Counted from the first letter of the stretch, positions 49,928-60,770 are shown. The stretch: 64,000 nt of DNA from Theionarchaea archaeon (GCA_018992685.1 JACVGT010000031.1:1-64000); one strand, 5' to 3'. Translations and numbers: made by a program. The notes: generated by a model from the sequence alone, not told the origin.

Positions 49928-52614
49928 GATCAGCTATCATTGGAGCGGGTACTGCGGGTGTCAGGGCTGCTGTGGAACTGGACAACAGGAATTCCAGCGT
50001 TCTGCTCATTGAGAAGAATTTCTATATTGGTGGGAAGCTGACAGAATTGTCCAGGCTCTATCCTGTGTGCGAATTGTATTATGCTCATCGGTTTTTCTCT
50101 CAATTGAATGACTCTGTCAATGTTGACATCATGACAGGTTCAGATGTTGTGAATATTGAAAAATCTGAGGGAAATACATACGCCCTGACAATTCGGAAAA
50201 CCCCCCGGTACGTCACGGGGAACTGCACTCTCTGTCTAGAATGTGTGGAGGTCTGCACACCTCAGGCTGTTCGCAAGCCTCCGTTCCAGTCCATTCCTCA
50301 GACAGTCTACATTGATAGAGAAACCTGTGGAGCATGCAGAAAATGTGAGAAGATCTGCCCGGAAAATGCCATCACCCTTGATGAAAAGGAAGAGCTGGTG
50401 AAGAGAGAGGTAGAGGACGTCATATTCTGCACAGGGTCGGAGTTAGTTGATCCAGAAAAGTATAGCGAGTTTGGATATGGACGATTCCCTGATGTTATAA
50501 CCTCCATGGAACTGGAGAAAATGCTTCACCCTTCTTTTGAGTCGAAATTTGTCAGGCTTTCGGATGGAAAAAGACCAGAGAGAATTGCATTTCTGCAGTG
50601 TGTGGGTTCAAGAGATGCTGTCAGAGGAGAACCGTATTGTTCCAGGGTCTGTTGCATGCAGGCATTGAATGAAGCCAGGGTTATCAAGGAGAGATATCCA
50701 GATACTGAACCGTACATATTCTTTACCGACCTGCAGTGTTCAGGAAAGAGGTGGGAGCACTTCTGTGAGACTGCCAGGGGCATGGGTGTTACCTGCATCA
50801 GGTGTCGAATTCCAGCAGTCTATGAAGAGCAGGGAAGTGTCTCAATAACCTACGCAGAGGATGAATTAGTGACCATGACTGTGGACATGATAGTACTGTC
50901 CACGGGCATCGTGCCCCCTGCAAATAAGTACGGCCTGCCTGAGAACGAGTATGGATTCCCTAGAGAGAAGTCATGTGGACTGTTCTTCCACCCTGCAGAT
51001 ATCACTGAGTCTGTTCAGGAGGCTCTGGCAGCTCTTTCCAGTGTTCCCGGGAGCTACTCCAGTGGATCTGCATGGACAGGTGAGCCCGGTCTTGACATTG
51101 TCCTATGCAGGTGCGGAACCGAGTCACACCTTGCTGATTTGATGAGGAACAGGGGGTATAGAGTTCGCGAGTTAGATGACGTGTGTAGAACCGCACAACA
51201 TTCTCTCCTGAAACAGGAAAAAACCGTTGTGGGCGCCTGTGCTCTCCACGAACAGCTGTTCCTGAGGCTGGCCCAGGAACGTAATTCTTTTGTAGAAGTC
51301 GTTCCTTTGCGAGAAATGAGCTGGATTTCTGAAGATGGTGACTCAAGAGAGAGGTCATTGCAGATGGCAGTGGCCAAACTGGAGCGCCTGGACACATCCA
51401 GAATCACGTGGTCACAGACAGAGGTGTTCCCTGCAGTTGTGATCGTTGGAGGCGGGGTGGCAGGGCTGGCAGCGGCTCTTGATCTCGCAGATACGTACAA
51501 AGTGGTTATCATAGAGAAGAGCCCCCACCTGGGAGGAAGAGCCCTCAACATCCAGTATTCTCTGGACTACAGTCCCCGGGAGGTTGCACAGGACCTGATA
51601 CAGAGGGCTGAAATCCATTCGAATATTGAAATCCTGACTGGAACGGAGATCACCACCTTGACAGGAGACCCTGGAAATTTCACTGTGGGGACCACCAGGC
51701 AAGACATTACCTGTGGGGCTATCATAGTAGCAGCAGGAGCAGATGAATTCCAGCACCAGTATGACCACCCCTTGGTTATTACACAGACGCAGCTCGAAGA
51801 CAGAATACGGAACAACGATATTCCCCATGTGGTGGTCATGGTCCAGTGCATGGGTTCCAGAAATCAGGAACATCACTGGTGTTCTGCTGTATGCTGTTCA
51901 AAAGCCATTTCCAACAGCCTCACGATCCTGGAGAAGACCAATGCTCAGGTTCTCATCCTGTACAGGGATATGCGGACTTACGGATTTCAGGACAGTTACT
52001 ACAGGAAGGCTCGTGAAGCAGGCGTCATTTTTCTTCAAAATGATGAAATGCCCGAAATTCGAGTGGACGAATCTGTTTCTGTGGTGTATGAAGACCCCAT
52101 CCTGCATGCAAGAATACTGATCGAGCCCGATTTGCTTGTTTTGAGTACTGGCATTATCCCGAAGAAAGAATCGAGAGAACTGGCAAAGATTCTGGGAATT
52201 TCTCTTGATCAGGATGGATTTTTCAGGGAATCACATCCAGAATTCTATCCCACAGATTCTACAAAGGATGGCATCTTCATATGTGGGCTCTGTCACTCTC
52301 CTCAGAATGTCAAGGAGAGTGTGATACAGGCACGGGCTGCTGCTTCCAGGGCGAGAACATTCCTTTCTTCCGCCTATAAGACGTGTACTGCCATCACAGT
52401 TAAGCAGGAGCTGTGTACTGGTTGCTCAATTTGTGTGGACGTGTGCCCGTTCAAAGCCATTTCTCTTGAATCAGACGAGCTGACCGTTGACATGAGCCTC
52501 TGCAAGGACTGCGGACTCTGCGTGGGAAGCTGCCCCACGAGTGCTTTGACCCAGACTACCCTCTCTGATGACCAAATCCGTGGCATGGTGAGGGTCATGG
52601 AGGGAATCGAATGA
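49924..52614 (+). CDS. hdrA: HdrA-like flavoprotein with two FAD modules
   Basis: IIGAGTAG and IVGGGVAG; QCVGSR...CSRVCC and QCMGSR...CSAVCC; inserted and C-terminal ferredoxin domains. Confidence 0.88.
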   Translation: MRSAIIGAGTAGVRAAVELDNRNSSVLLIEKNFYIGGKLTELSRLYPVCELYYAHRFFSQLNDSVNVDIMTGSDVVNIEKSEGNTYALTIRKTPRYVTGNCTLCLECVEVCTPQAVRKPPFQSIPQTVYIDRETCGACRKCEKICPENAITLDEKEELVKREVEDVIFCTGSELVDPEKYSEFGYGRFPDVITSMELEKMLHPSFESKFVRLSDGKRPERIAFLQCVGSRDAVRGEPYCSRVCCMQALNEARVIKERYPDTEPYIFFTDLQCSGKRWEHFCETARGMGVTCIRCRIPAVYEEQGSVSITYAEDELVTMTVDMIVLSTGIVPPANKYGLPENEYGFPREKSCGLFFHPADITESVQEALAALSSVPGSYSSGSAWTGEPGLDIVLCRCGTESHLADLMRNRGYRVRELDDVCRTAQHSLLKQEKTVVGACALHEQLFLRLAQERNSFVEVVPLREMSWISEDGDSRERSLQMAVAKLERLDTSRITWSQTEVFPAVVIVGGGVAGLAAALDLADTYKVVIIEKSPHLGGRALNIQYSLDYSPREVAQDLIQRAEIHSNIEILTGTEITTLTGDPGNFTVGTTRQDITCGAIIVAAGADEFQHQYDHPLVITQTQLEDRIRNNDIPHVVVMVQCMGSRNQEHHWCSAVCCSKAISNSLTILEKTNAQVLILYRDMRTYGFQDSYYRKAREAGVIFLQNDEMPEIRVDESVSVVYEDPILHARILIEPDLLVLSTGIIPKKESRELAKILGISLDQDGFFRESHPEFYPTDSTKDGIFICGLCHSPQNVKESVIQARAAASRARTFLSSAYKTCTAITVKQELCTGCSICVDVCPFKAISLESDELTVDMSLCKDCGLCVGSCPTSALTQTTLSDDQIRGMVRVMEGIE

Positions 52615-52985
52615 GAATCGTAGCATTTGTCTGCAACTGGTGTGCCAGGGCTGGCGTGGAATTGGCAGCTTATGAACGCATTGGGTATCCCGACGTGGGA
52701 CTCATCTATGTCAATTGTACAGGGAGAATTGATGTTCAGTTGATTCTGCAAACGCTAGAGAAGGTAGACGGCGTGGTGATCTGCGCGTGTCATCTGGGAG
52801 ATGATCACTACGGGTCAGGCAACTACAAGACATTGAAGAAAGTGTTGTTGACCAAAAAGATACTGGCACAACTGGGCATCAACCCTGAAAGGGTCTGCCT
52901 GGAATGGATCTCCTCTACAGAGGCAGAGAAACTTGGTGAAGCAGTCAAGAAAATGAAAGAGACTCTTGAAGAAATGACCTCTTGA
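52611..52985 (+). CDS. mvhD: MvhD/FlpD iron-sulfur subunit
   Basis: IVAF.CNWC, C.GRID, C H.GDDHY..GNY and GI.PER..LEWIS..E. Confidence 0.9.
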   Translation: MRIVAFVCNWCARAGVELAAYERIGYPDVGLIYVNCTGRIDVQLILQTLEKVDGVVICACHLGDDHYGSGNYKTLKKVLLTKKILAQLGINPERVCLEWISSTEAEKLGEAVKKMKETLEEMTS

Positions 52986-53102
52986 ACCAGTAAGAATACC
53001 CTGATTCTTCAGGGCTCTACTTTTCGTTGACTGCCAGAAGACATAGAGGGCTGTATTGAGGGAAATATGTTCTGATACGTTCCCCGTGCCTGGAGGTCAA
53101 AG

Positions 53103-53543
53103 TCAGCTTTCGCTTCGGTCTCTCTTACTCAGATATACAATATCTTCGCCTATGAGATATCCCATCCTCTGGAACAGGTTGATAGAAGGCACATTGTCAT
53201 CGTATATCAGGATTCCGATAACTTCAGCACCCCTCTTTTTGAGAGCATCCTCAGCACCCGTAATAAGCACCTGGGCAATACCCTGCCTTCGATACCCGGG
53301 GAGAACGGCCAACCTGTTGATCCAGCCCTTTCTCCCATCAAAGGTGGCAATAATACAGCCCACCAATTCACCTTCCAGGAAGGCCCCCAGGAAGAAATCA
53401 GGATTCTCTTCCATTTGTCTGCTGATTTCTTCTCTACTGTCCCTCCCTCCAGGTCTGTAGGGCAGCCCTGCCTTTTCCCACAGGGACACGAGGTGATCAT
53501 AATACTCCGGAGAGAGCACTCTTATCTCAATCATCCTGTCCAC
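53103..53543 (-). CDS. GNAT N-acetyltransferase
   Basis: DGRKGWINRLAV.P.YRRQGIA and N..SINLF...GY. Confidence 0.92.
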   Translation of the reverse strand: MDRMIEIRVLSPEYYDHLVSLWEKAGLPYRPGGRDSREEISRQMEENPDFFLGAFLEGELVGCIIATFDGRKGWINRLAVLPGYRRQGIAQVLITGAEDALKKRGAEVIGILIYDDNVPSINLFQRMGYLIGEDIVYLSKRDRSES

Positions 53544-53609
53544 TGTCAGGTATACCTTTAAAAATATTCACATGCATGATGAGAAAACGAGCTCCTAGCA
53601 GGTGATCTC

Positions 53610-54353
53610 ATGGATGTTGAGAGGATTGTTGGATTTCTGGATGAGTATTTGAAGACAAAGGAAATCGAAGACGACTGCAACAATGGACTGCAGGTAGAAT
53701 GTGATGCTGAAATCAAAAAGGTTGGATTCTCTGTAGACGCTTCAATGGAATTATTCAAGCGGGGGAAGAAAGAAGGTTGTCAATTGCTCATTGTCCACCA
53801 CGGGTTGATATGGGGAGGGATATCCTATATAAGGGGGGTTCAGTACAGGAGAATTAGAGAATTGATTGAGAATACCATGGGACTCTATGCAGCTCATCTC
53901 CCCCTGGATGTACACCCAGAAGTGGGCAATACTGCTGTCCTTGCACGGTTACTGGGATTGGAGATCGTGGGGGACTTTTTCAGGTATAAGAACGTGAACC
54001 TTGGATTGCTCTGTAAGACCTGCATCAGCAGAGAAGAACTGACCATGAAGATTAACCAGGAGGTAGGAGACTGTCAGGTGCTGGAATTCGGGCCTGACCT
54101 GGTTGAGCATGTGGGTATGGTGACTGGATCTGGAACTCAAGCTCTTGATTCAGCAGTTCAAGCAGGATGTGACACGTTCATAACGGGTGAGCCAAAGCAC
54201 GTGTCGTACCATCAGGCAAAGGAATCAAAGATCAATGTCATGTATGCAGGCCACTACCAGACAGAGACGTCGGGAGTCAAAGCGCTCATGGACAAAGTGA
54301 GTGCATCATGTGAAGTGGAAACAGTATTCTGTGATATTCCCACAGGGTTCTAG
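53610..54353 (+). CDS. Nif3-like dinuclear metal center protein
   Basis: NGLQV, HHG, HLPLD.HP..GN and GHY.TE. Confidence 0.95.
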   Translation: MDVERIVGFLDEYLKTKEIEDDCNNGLQVECDAEIKKVGFSVDASMELFKRGKKEGCQLLIVHHGLIWGGISYIRGVQYRRIRELIENTMGLYAAHLPLDVHPEVGNTAVLARLLGLEIVGDFFRYKNVNLGLLCKTCISREELTMKINQEVGDCQVLEFGPDLVEHVGMVTGSGTQALDSAVQAGCDTFITGEPKHVSYHQAKESKINVMYAGHYQTETSGVKALMDKVSASCEVETVFCDIPTGF

Positions 54354-54413
54354 AGGACTGCTTTCAGGGGAAAAAGGGAAAAACAGATATTAAGAAACTC
54401 TTTTCACAAATGT

Positions 54414-54866
54414 CTATGGGCGGTATTTTTCCTTCAAGATCTGTAACCATCGTGCTATGCCCTCTTTTTCTATCTGTTTGTTAGTGTCTATGATGGACTT
54501 TCTGGCTTCAGGCAGAGTTCCTTTCTGGAGGTTCCTGCAGGGAAACTGATCACATTCAAAGCAAAAGTCCACTCCTTTTCGTATGCAGCAATTCCGGGCC
54601 GGGCAGTCTGGCCACCAGGACCATCCTCCCCCGAAGCGGCATCCCTTACACGGTTCAGTTTTCGAAGCAAGCCACTCTAGCCCTTTCGTAAATTCTTCAT
54701 AGTCACATGCCTCTTGTGCTTCAGCTATGAGTTTCAGTGATCCAATTCTCTCAACAAATGTCAGGAGCCTTTTTGCTGCCTCCACCACCGTCCCTTTATG
54801 ATACTGACAAAGGGCACAATAGTATCTTCCACAGTATGACACATACTGTTGTTCACCTTCCACCAT
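54414..54866 (-). CDS. DUF3795 Cys-rich protein
   Basis: CG.YC..C, C.GCR and C..R.CC..KG.DFC.EC..FPC. Confidence 0.85.
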   Translation of the reverse strand: MVEGEQQYVSYCGRYYCALCQYHKGTVVEAAKRLLTFVERIGSLKLIAEAQEACDYEEFTKGLEWLASKTEPCKGCRFGGGWSWWPDCPARNCCIRKGVDFCFECDQFPCRNLQKGTLPEARKSIIDTNKQIEKEGIARWLQILKEKYRP

Positions 54867-54922
54867 TTTTTTCACCTGTCCTCACTGCAAGACAGTGCTT
54901 AAGAATGTATCCAGTTGCAGAC

Positions 54923-55525
54923 TCACCTGATGAACCGAGCGAAGAGGCTCACCAGGAAAGGAACCAGCAGTGTAATAATAACCCCACTAATGACAGCTAA
55001 CACACCCACCGTCTTAGAGGTGCACTGAATGATGACCGGCAATGTCGTATCCATGGAAGTCGCCCCACCAGATGCCACAGGTGCCAACCGACTGATCCTG
55101 GCCAAGCCGGGACTGGTGACAACAGTCAGAATCTCCCTGAAGATGTTGGACAGGAACGCAAGTGTCCCCAGAGCAGTGCCCACTGCCTGAGTCAGTATAA
55201 TACTCGAGAGAGTGTAGTAGCCCATTCCAGAAGCAACAGCCAGTGACTCATAGATGGACATTCCCAACAGAACACTGAGTACCACCCCCCCCAGTAAACT
55301 CCCCGCAGTGATCGCCAGAGGTAATGCAAGGATTCTAACTCCCATTCTCTTCAGGTCTATCAATACTTCTTTGTTTGCTCCCACATCTATTCCCACCAGA
55401 AACAGCAAGGCAATCAACAGTAATTGCGAGACAGAGGTCACACCTCCCAGAGCAGTCTCAGGGACGATGTTGAAGAACCCGACAAGAACTCCTATCACCA
55501 GGGCACTCACAATCATGGCTATCAT
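54923..55525 (-). CDS. LysO/DUF340 exporter family, large part
   Basis: G.GYY.LS, N..RE and GGATSMDTTLP. Confidence 0.9.
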   Translation of the reverse strand: MIAMIVSALVIGVLVGFFNIVPETALGGVTSVSQLLLIALLFLVGIDVGANKEVLIDLKRMGVRILALPLAITAGSLLGGVVLSVLLGMSIYESLAVASGMGYYTLSSIILTQAVGTALGTLAFLSNIFREILTVVTSPGLARISRLAPVASGGATSMDTTLPVIIQCTSKTVGVLAVISGVIITLLVPFLVSLFARFIR

Positions 55526-55791
55526 GACATCACCCGTGCTCTCTCAATGGCCATCACCGCCAGAACACTTCCTGAAATTGTGACTACTGCAAAAAGAGCT
55601 GCATGAACGCCAATTGTGGACAGATTCTCAATAATTGATTTGTTCATCCCAATTTGCAGTCCCATAAACAGGATCAACAGGAAGATCACTGCGGTATATC
55701 CCTTTTGAATGAGAGTCTTGTGGGATTCCTTGAGAGGGAGGATTCTCCCGATAATGATACCGCAGACTAATGAAAGAATAATGTCTATCAT
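55522..55791 (-). CDS. LysO/DUF340 family, small partner subunit
   Basis: LLI..MG..IG.N..I..NL..IG; 3 TM; overlaps the start of the partner gene. Confidence 0.82.
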   Translation of the reverse strand: MIDIILSLVCGIIIGRILPLKESHKTLIQKGYTAVIFLLILFMGLQIGMNKSIIENLSTIGVHAALFAVVTISGSVLAVMAIERARVMS

Positions 55792-55889
55792 AGTTATTTC
55801 TCCCTACCAGTATTTTTAAGGGTTCATATGACGTGGTAAGGAGTGAAGCCCCTGCAAAGGTTTATCTTCTCAGTGGAAACAGTGCCCCC

Positions 55890-57091
55890 ATGATAGGTCA
55901 CTTCAGAAAGACCCATTCCAGATCTGAGAAATTCCATCGCAGGGCAGCCAGGGTCATGCCTGGTGGAGATACTAGGTCAGTCACCTACTTCGACCCCTAC
56001 CCGTGTTTCATGGAGAGTGGCTCCGGATGTCGAATGTATGATGTGGATGGAAAAGAGTACCTGGATTTTCTCAATAATTATACGTCCCTCATATTGGGTC
56101 ACGCTCACCCCAGAGTCGTTGCCCGAGTGTGTCATCAGATCGAGAAAGGGGCCGTCTACCCGGCGCCCACTGAGGCCCAGACGGTGCTGGCAGAGGTCCT
56201 CATCAGGAGAATTCCGTCCCTGAAGAAGATCAGGTTTTGTAATTCAGGCACTGAAGCCAATATTCAGGCTATCAGAGCTGCAAGAGCATTTACTAAAAGG
56301 AAAAGAGTGATAAAGGTGTACCGGGGATACCATGGCAGTTTTGACTTTGATAATTCTATTGATATTACTTTTAACGATCTGGAGAAGGCGGAGAACCTCA
56401 TTAGAGAAAACAGAGATGAAGCTGCCTGCGTCATCATTGAACCTGTTTTGGGGAAGGGGATGATACCTGCCTCAAAGGATTTTCTTTCGGGGCTGAGAGA
56501 GATCACAGCTCGCTATGACATCGTGTTTATCTTGGATGAGGTAGTGACTTTCAGACTGGCCCCTGGGGGCGTTCAGAGCCTGTACAAGATTGAACCAGAT
56601 ATCACTGTACTGGGGAAAATAATTGGAGGAGGGTTTCCGGTTGGAGCCTTTGGAGAAGAGAGGACCTGATGATGCAGTTCTCTCCTCAGATGGAGGCATT
56701 CGTCCCCCACTCAGGAACCTTCAATGGAAACCCCGTCACCATGGTGGCGGGAATGGAGACAATGAAGATGCTGGATGGCCAGGCAATCAAGAAACTGAAC
56801 GACATGGGAGATAGCCTGAAACGGGCTCTCACTGATCTGCTGGACGGAAAGGCGTGCATATCCGGAATGGGGTCTCTCCTGCACTTCCAGGCTGCTGAGA
56901 CACCTGCTTCGAATGCAGAGGAATTTGAAACCCAGGACAAGGACTTTTTCAGAAGGCTGCACATTCTCATGCTGCTAAATGGGATATACATGGCGCCCAG
57001 GGGGTTATTCAACTTGTCGTTGCCCATGGGAGATGAGGAACTGGATCAATTTGTCAGATGCACCGAAAAAATCATTGATGATACTCTCTGA
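55890..57091 (+). pseudogene. Class III (GSA-like) aminotransferase split by a 1-nt frameshift near 56654
   Basis: DVDG.EY.D, RF.NSGTEA, FILDEV and GKIIGGGFPVGAFG in one frame; REDLM...HSGTFNGNP in the next. Confidence 0.85.
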
Positions 57092-57653
57092 GCGGAATTT
57101 AGATCTGGAATGCATATGGCTAGAGAACGAATCAGACGTCTCACAGAACATCATGCTGCAAGCAAGAACCATATTTGCTGCGGGAATACTGATGAGATCT
57201 GGGATTTTTCTTAAACAATGTCGAAATTCAACCTGTTACTGAGATGATTCTTTCTAAATGTGATTAAAAAGGCAGATAGTTATGATTCTGGTATTTTGAA
57301 AAAAAATTGACTATTCTTTCTGGCAAATTATATAAGTCAAAAGCATCATCAATAATCAGGATACTCGTGATCGCATTTCTAGTCCATGAACACATAGAGG
57401 ATTGTTGGAGAACTGGGTCCCGTGTGGCAAATGAAGGAGCTTTCAACGTGTCTTTCTATAATAAGGAGATGGCTCATGATCTCCTTAACATGGACGAGGT
57501 CCTTTCAGCTCATTCCTCTGGACATATTGAGCATGGTTATGGACTTGAGCTCCCATCTATCATGTGTATTGACTTGAAATGGATGTTCATTCAAGGGAAC
57601 GAGACGAGTACCATTTTTCCCACGAAAAGGAGGAATAAAAAGGAGGAATAAAT

Positions 57654-58643
57654 ATGGAGTATTCAATACTTGGAAAAACGGGAATAAGAGTGTCACGGAT
57701 CTGTTTAGGAGCAATGTCTTTTGGCTGGCTGCTTACTGAAGAAGAATCCAGACCAATCATTGAAAAGGCACTGGATCTGGGAATAACCTTCTTTGACACG
57801 GCCAATGTTTACGGCAGAGGACGATCAGAGGAGATTCTTGGCTCTGTCCTGAAAGACCATCGAGAGGATGTGATCATTGCCACCAAAGTGTTCTGGTCAT
57901 TCCGTCAGCCAACGGCTGCTGGACTGTCTCGACCATTCGTATTCAAGGAAGTAGCAGACTCCCTCCATAGATTACAGACAGACTACATAGATGTGTTATA
58001 TGCACATAGATTCGATCCGAATACTTCTTGCGATGATATCCTCAGAACACTGAATATCTTGATAACCAAGGGAATTGTGCAGCACATTGGAGTTTCGACT
58101 TTGTTCGCATGGGAACTCGCAAAATCGTTGTGGAAAGCTGACACATTGGGACTCGAACCCTTCCAGGTGGTTCAGCCCCACTACAACCTTCTGTACCGGG
58201 AAGAGGAACGGGAGATACTCCCTCTGTGCAGAGACCAGAAGATAGCTGTCACAACCTGGGGATCTTTGGCCCGAGGCGTGCTGGCAGGTGGGTATTCACG
58301 AGCGGGGAAGCCAGCCACAGTCAGAGCACACAAGGATGCTGAATTGATAGACCACTGGTTTACCAGGGACCAGGATTTTCAAATTGTGGATCGAGTCAAG
58401 GAATTGGCCAAAGAAAAAGACTGTTCTCCAGCCCAGATTGCTCTGGCTTGGATTCTTTCTAAACGCGAGATAACTGCCCCCATTGTTGGGATCACCAAGG
58501 TAGAGCATCTTGAAGAGGCAGTTTCCTCTCTAGATATTAGACTGTCACCGGAGAATATGGCGTATCTTGAGGAATTGTACAGGCCGCGAGAATTGACAGG
58601 ACATTATAGTGGTGCTGCGATGCCCGGAGATCCTCGGGAATAG
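57654..58643 (+). CDS. Aldo/keto reductase
   Basis: LG.M.FG, FDTANVY..G.SEE, ATK, SL.RLQTDYID and Q.HYNL.YREEERE. Confidence 0.95.
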   Translation: MEYSILGKTGIRVSRICLGAMSFGWLLTEEESRPIIEKALDLGITFFDTANVYGRGRSEEILGSVLKDHREDVIIATKVFWSFRQPTAAGLSRPFVFKEVADSLHRLQTDYIDVLYAHRFDPNTSCDDILRTLNILITKGIVQHIGVSTLFAWELAKSLWKADTLGLEPFQVVQPHYNLLYREEEREILPLCRDQKIAVTTWGSLARGVLAGGYSRAGKPATVRAHKDAELIDHWFTRDQDFQIVDRVKELAKEKDCSPAQIALAWILSKREITAPIVGITKVEHLEEAVSSLDIRLSPENMAYLEELYRPRELTGHYSGAAMPGDPRE

Positions 58644-59465
58644 GGAATTGGTCTTGGGAATGTTGTGAGGCAGGCGATCGATGTAGACCCACGACTCTCA
58701 AAAAGGAAGCAAAGACGAGTATTCCTGCGCTCGCTTAAGAAACCCTAATGATGCAGCGGAGACGAGAGTCTTTGGTCTGGCAGACCACATTTCTCCTGGA
58801 GGTGTCACGAAATCGAATCTTAAAAAAAAGTGCTCTCTTTATCTGAGAAACACATATGAACACTTGCAACTAATATCAAAGGAGACTTTGACCCTCTTTT
58901 GAGGAGTCGGAAACCTGTCTGCATCTTGAGATGAACAATCCTCTCCCACATTTCGACTCCTCACTCGTTTTTTGGCCCTGCTCGAAGGGCGAATCAGGTT
59001 TGCAACATAGAGTGAGAAATAGGCATTCTATGGGCCACAGAGAGAATTTTTCGAAAAAAAGAAAAAGGATGGATCCCCTGGTTCTCTTACTCTGACAGCC
59101 GTCGTGTGGACACTGGAGTCCTTCGAGCTGAGGCTGTCTGAAGACTTCCCTGCTGTCCATTGTTTTTGGCTGGAGAGGAGAGTGCGGTTAATGCCCGTGA
59201 AGATTCGCCACCAAAGGTACCAGTGACGACAACGCCTCATTTGCCACCAGTTAAGGTCTCCTTTTCCTCCAGGGCCTGTGAGTTCTTACCATTTGAAGAC
59301 GATTTCCTGATCCTACTCCAGACTCAGCCAGTTGTCTCTTTGGATCCAAGAAAGAAACAACTATCTTCAGGCGGCCCCGAGTATTCTTAAGACTTTCTGA
59401 TCTTCAGCTTGTAGATTTTTTTAAGTTTTATAATTAATAGCAGAGAAAGGGTTTCCCAAGATATT

Positions 59466-59540
59466 ATGGCTCAAAATTTTACATTCATTCAGGATTTTCC
59501 TCTCTTAGGGGGATTGCGGGCCGATATATCTTTGCCCTAA
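59466..59540 (+). CDS. Candidate 24-aa peptide MAQNFTFIQDFPLLGGLRADISLP
   Basis: Open frame after TTTTATAA; shares P-L-x(0,1)-LGG with the 7631 peptide; no clear SD. Confidence 0.25.
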   Translation: MAQNFTFIQDFPLLGGLRADISLP

Positions 59541-59648
59541 AGTCAGTGTAGTCTCATCCGAAAGATTTATAAGGAGTTGATAAGAATATTACTAATATGT
59601 GAGAATGATCTCACAAAATGGAACAATATGAAAAGGGAGTGAGTATTG

Positions 59649-60614
59649 ATGTCCATAACTGAGAGAGACAGGAGGAGACATTACCGCGCGATCTACGAGC
59701 TTTTCTGGTCAGAGAATTCTCGAATCCACTTGAAAGACATTGCAACAAGGATCAGAGTCAATCCCCGCACTGCGCGTCGAAGAATGGAGGAGGCTCTTGG
59801 CCAAGGATATGTTGCAAGGCCCCAGCTTAGAAAGCGTTCATACAAGAATATGAAAGAATATGTTTGCTTCTTCAATTGTGAAAATCCCACAGAGGCATTC
59901 CTGGATCTTGATCAAGACGGAGCTATTATTTACCGTGCACGAATGGCAGGATTTGCAAGTTTGTGGATCAATTCAACACGGAGTATTACTGTTGATGGCA
60001 CTCCTGTGATTAAGGGGTTCCGTTCGGATTATCACGTATCATATGCACCAAACAGATCTTGGGAGAAGGCAGTAGAAATCATCCGGAAAAAGATTGAGTC
60101 TTTTCAGCCAGAACTTTACGAACCTGCCTCGTACATTAGTACCCGCTGGGACAGGGCTATCCGGTGGGACAAGGAAGATGAGCAGCTATTCAGGTATTTC
60201 GAGAATGACCTGAGGAAAATCTTTCTGCCTGTCATGAAGAAACACCTAATCAGTACAGGGAAAATATATCAATTCCTGGGGAGACTTCCTCAAAGCTGCA
60301 CTGTGGTGAACAGTTACTTTCCAGAGGGAATCTCAGCATACGATCCCTACCTTTTCGTTTTTGGGACTGAATACGAAGATTTCGTTGTTGACCTGTTTTC
60401 TCAGCTCCCTACCTCAGTCTTCTTTTTCAAGGTCTCAGATATGCTGTTTTTCCTTGCACGCGTACGAAAGAATATGATGAGAGGCGAAGACCTTGGTACT
60501 TCCAGCACGCGTCAGTTGCCCATCCCGAGATTGATCAGTGAACTTCTCAGGAAGGGGATTATCGAAAGTGAGGAACATGCTGTGGTTGAGTATCACTGGA
60601 CAAAGGATCTATAG
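59649..60614 (+). CDS. Tandem Lrp/AsnC-like winged-helix regulator (distant paralog of 7755-8831)
   Basis: N-terminal HTH (RI.LKDIA..I.V..RTA.RR...A...GYV..P); second unit WD.ED..LF..F..DLR. Confidence 0.72.
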   Translation: MSITERDRRRHYRAIYELFWSENSRIHLKDIATRIRVNPRTARRRMEEALGQGYVARPQLRKRSYKNMKEYVCFFNCENPTEAFLDLDQDGAIIYRARMAGFASLWINSTRSITVDGTPVIKGFRSDYHVSYAPNRSWEKAVEIIRKKIESFQPELYEPASYISTRWDRAIRWDKEDEQLFRYFENDLRKIFLPVMKKHLISTGKIYQFLGRLPQSCTVVNSYFPEGISAYDPYLFVFGTEYEDFVVDLFSQLPTSVFFFKVSDMLFFLARVRKNMMRGEDLGTSSTRQLPIPRLISELLRKGIIESEEHAVVEYHWTKDL

Positions 60615-60770
60615 AGGTCGGAATTCACTAGTCGTCGTGGCACGTGTACTACAGACTAGTTCAGGCACATGGATGTGGGCTGCAGCTGAACAGGGGATAG
60701 CATCATTATGTGAATATTTATAAATATCACTCATGAAATGCTGAAAACCGCAGGATTGGTGGAAAAACCC

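Noticed and set aside
48636-52985. Selenocysteine UGA recoding in Hdr/MvhD
   Set aside because: All four frames are open, with no in-frame TGA at Cys positions
54923-55791. Split LysO as a pseudogene
   Set aside because: Two-gene DUF340 arrangements are common, and both ORFs have proper coupled starts
57307-57651. 114-aa ORF upstream of the aldo/keto reductase
   Set aside because: No family motifs recognised; possibly a remnant
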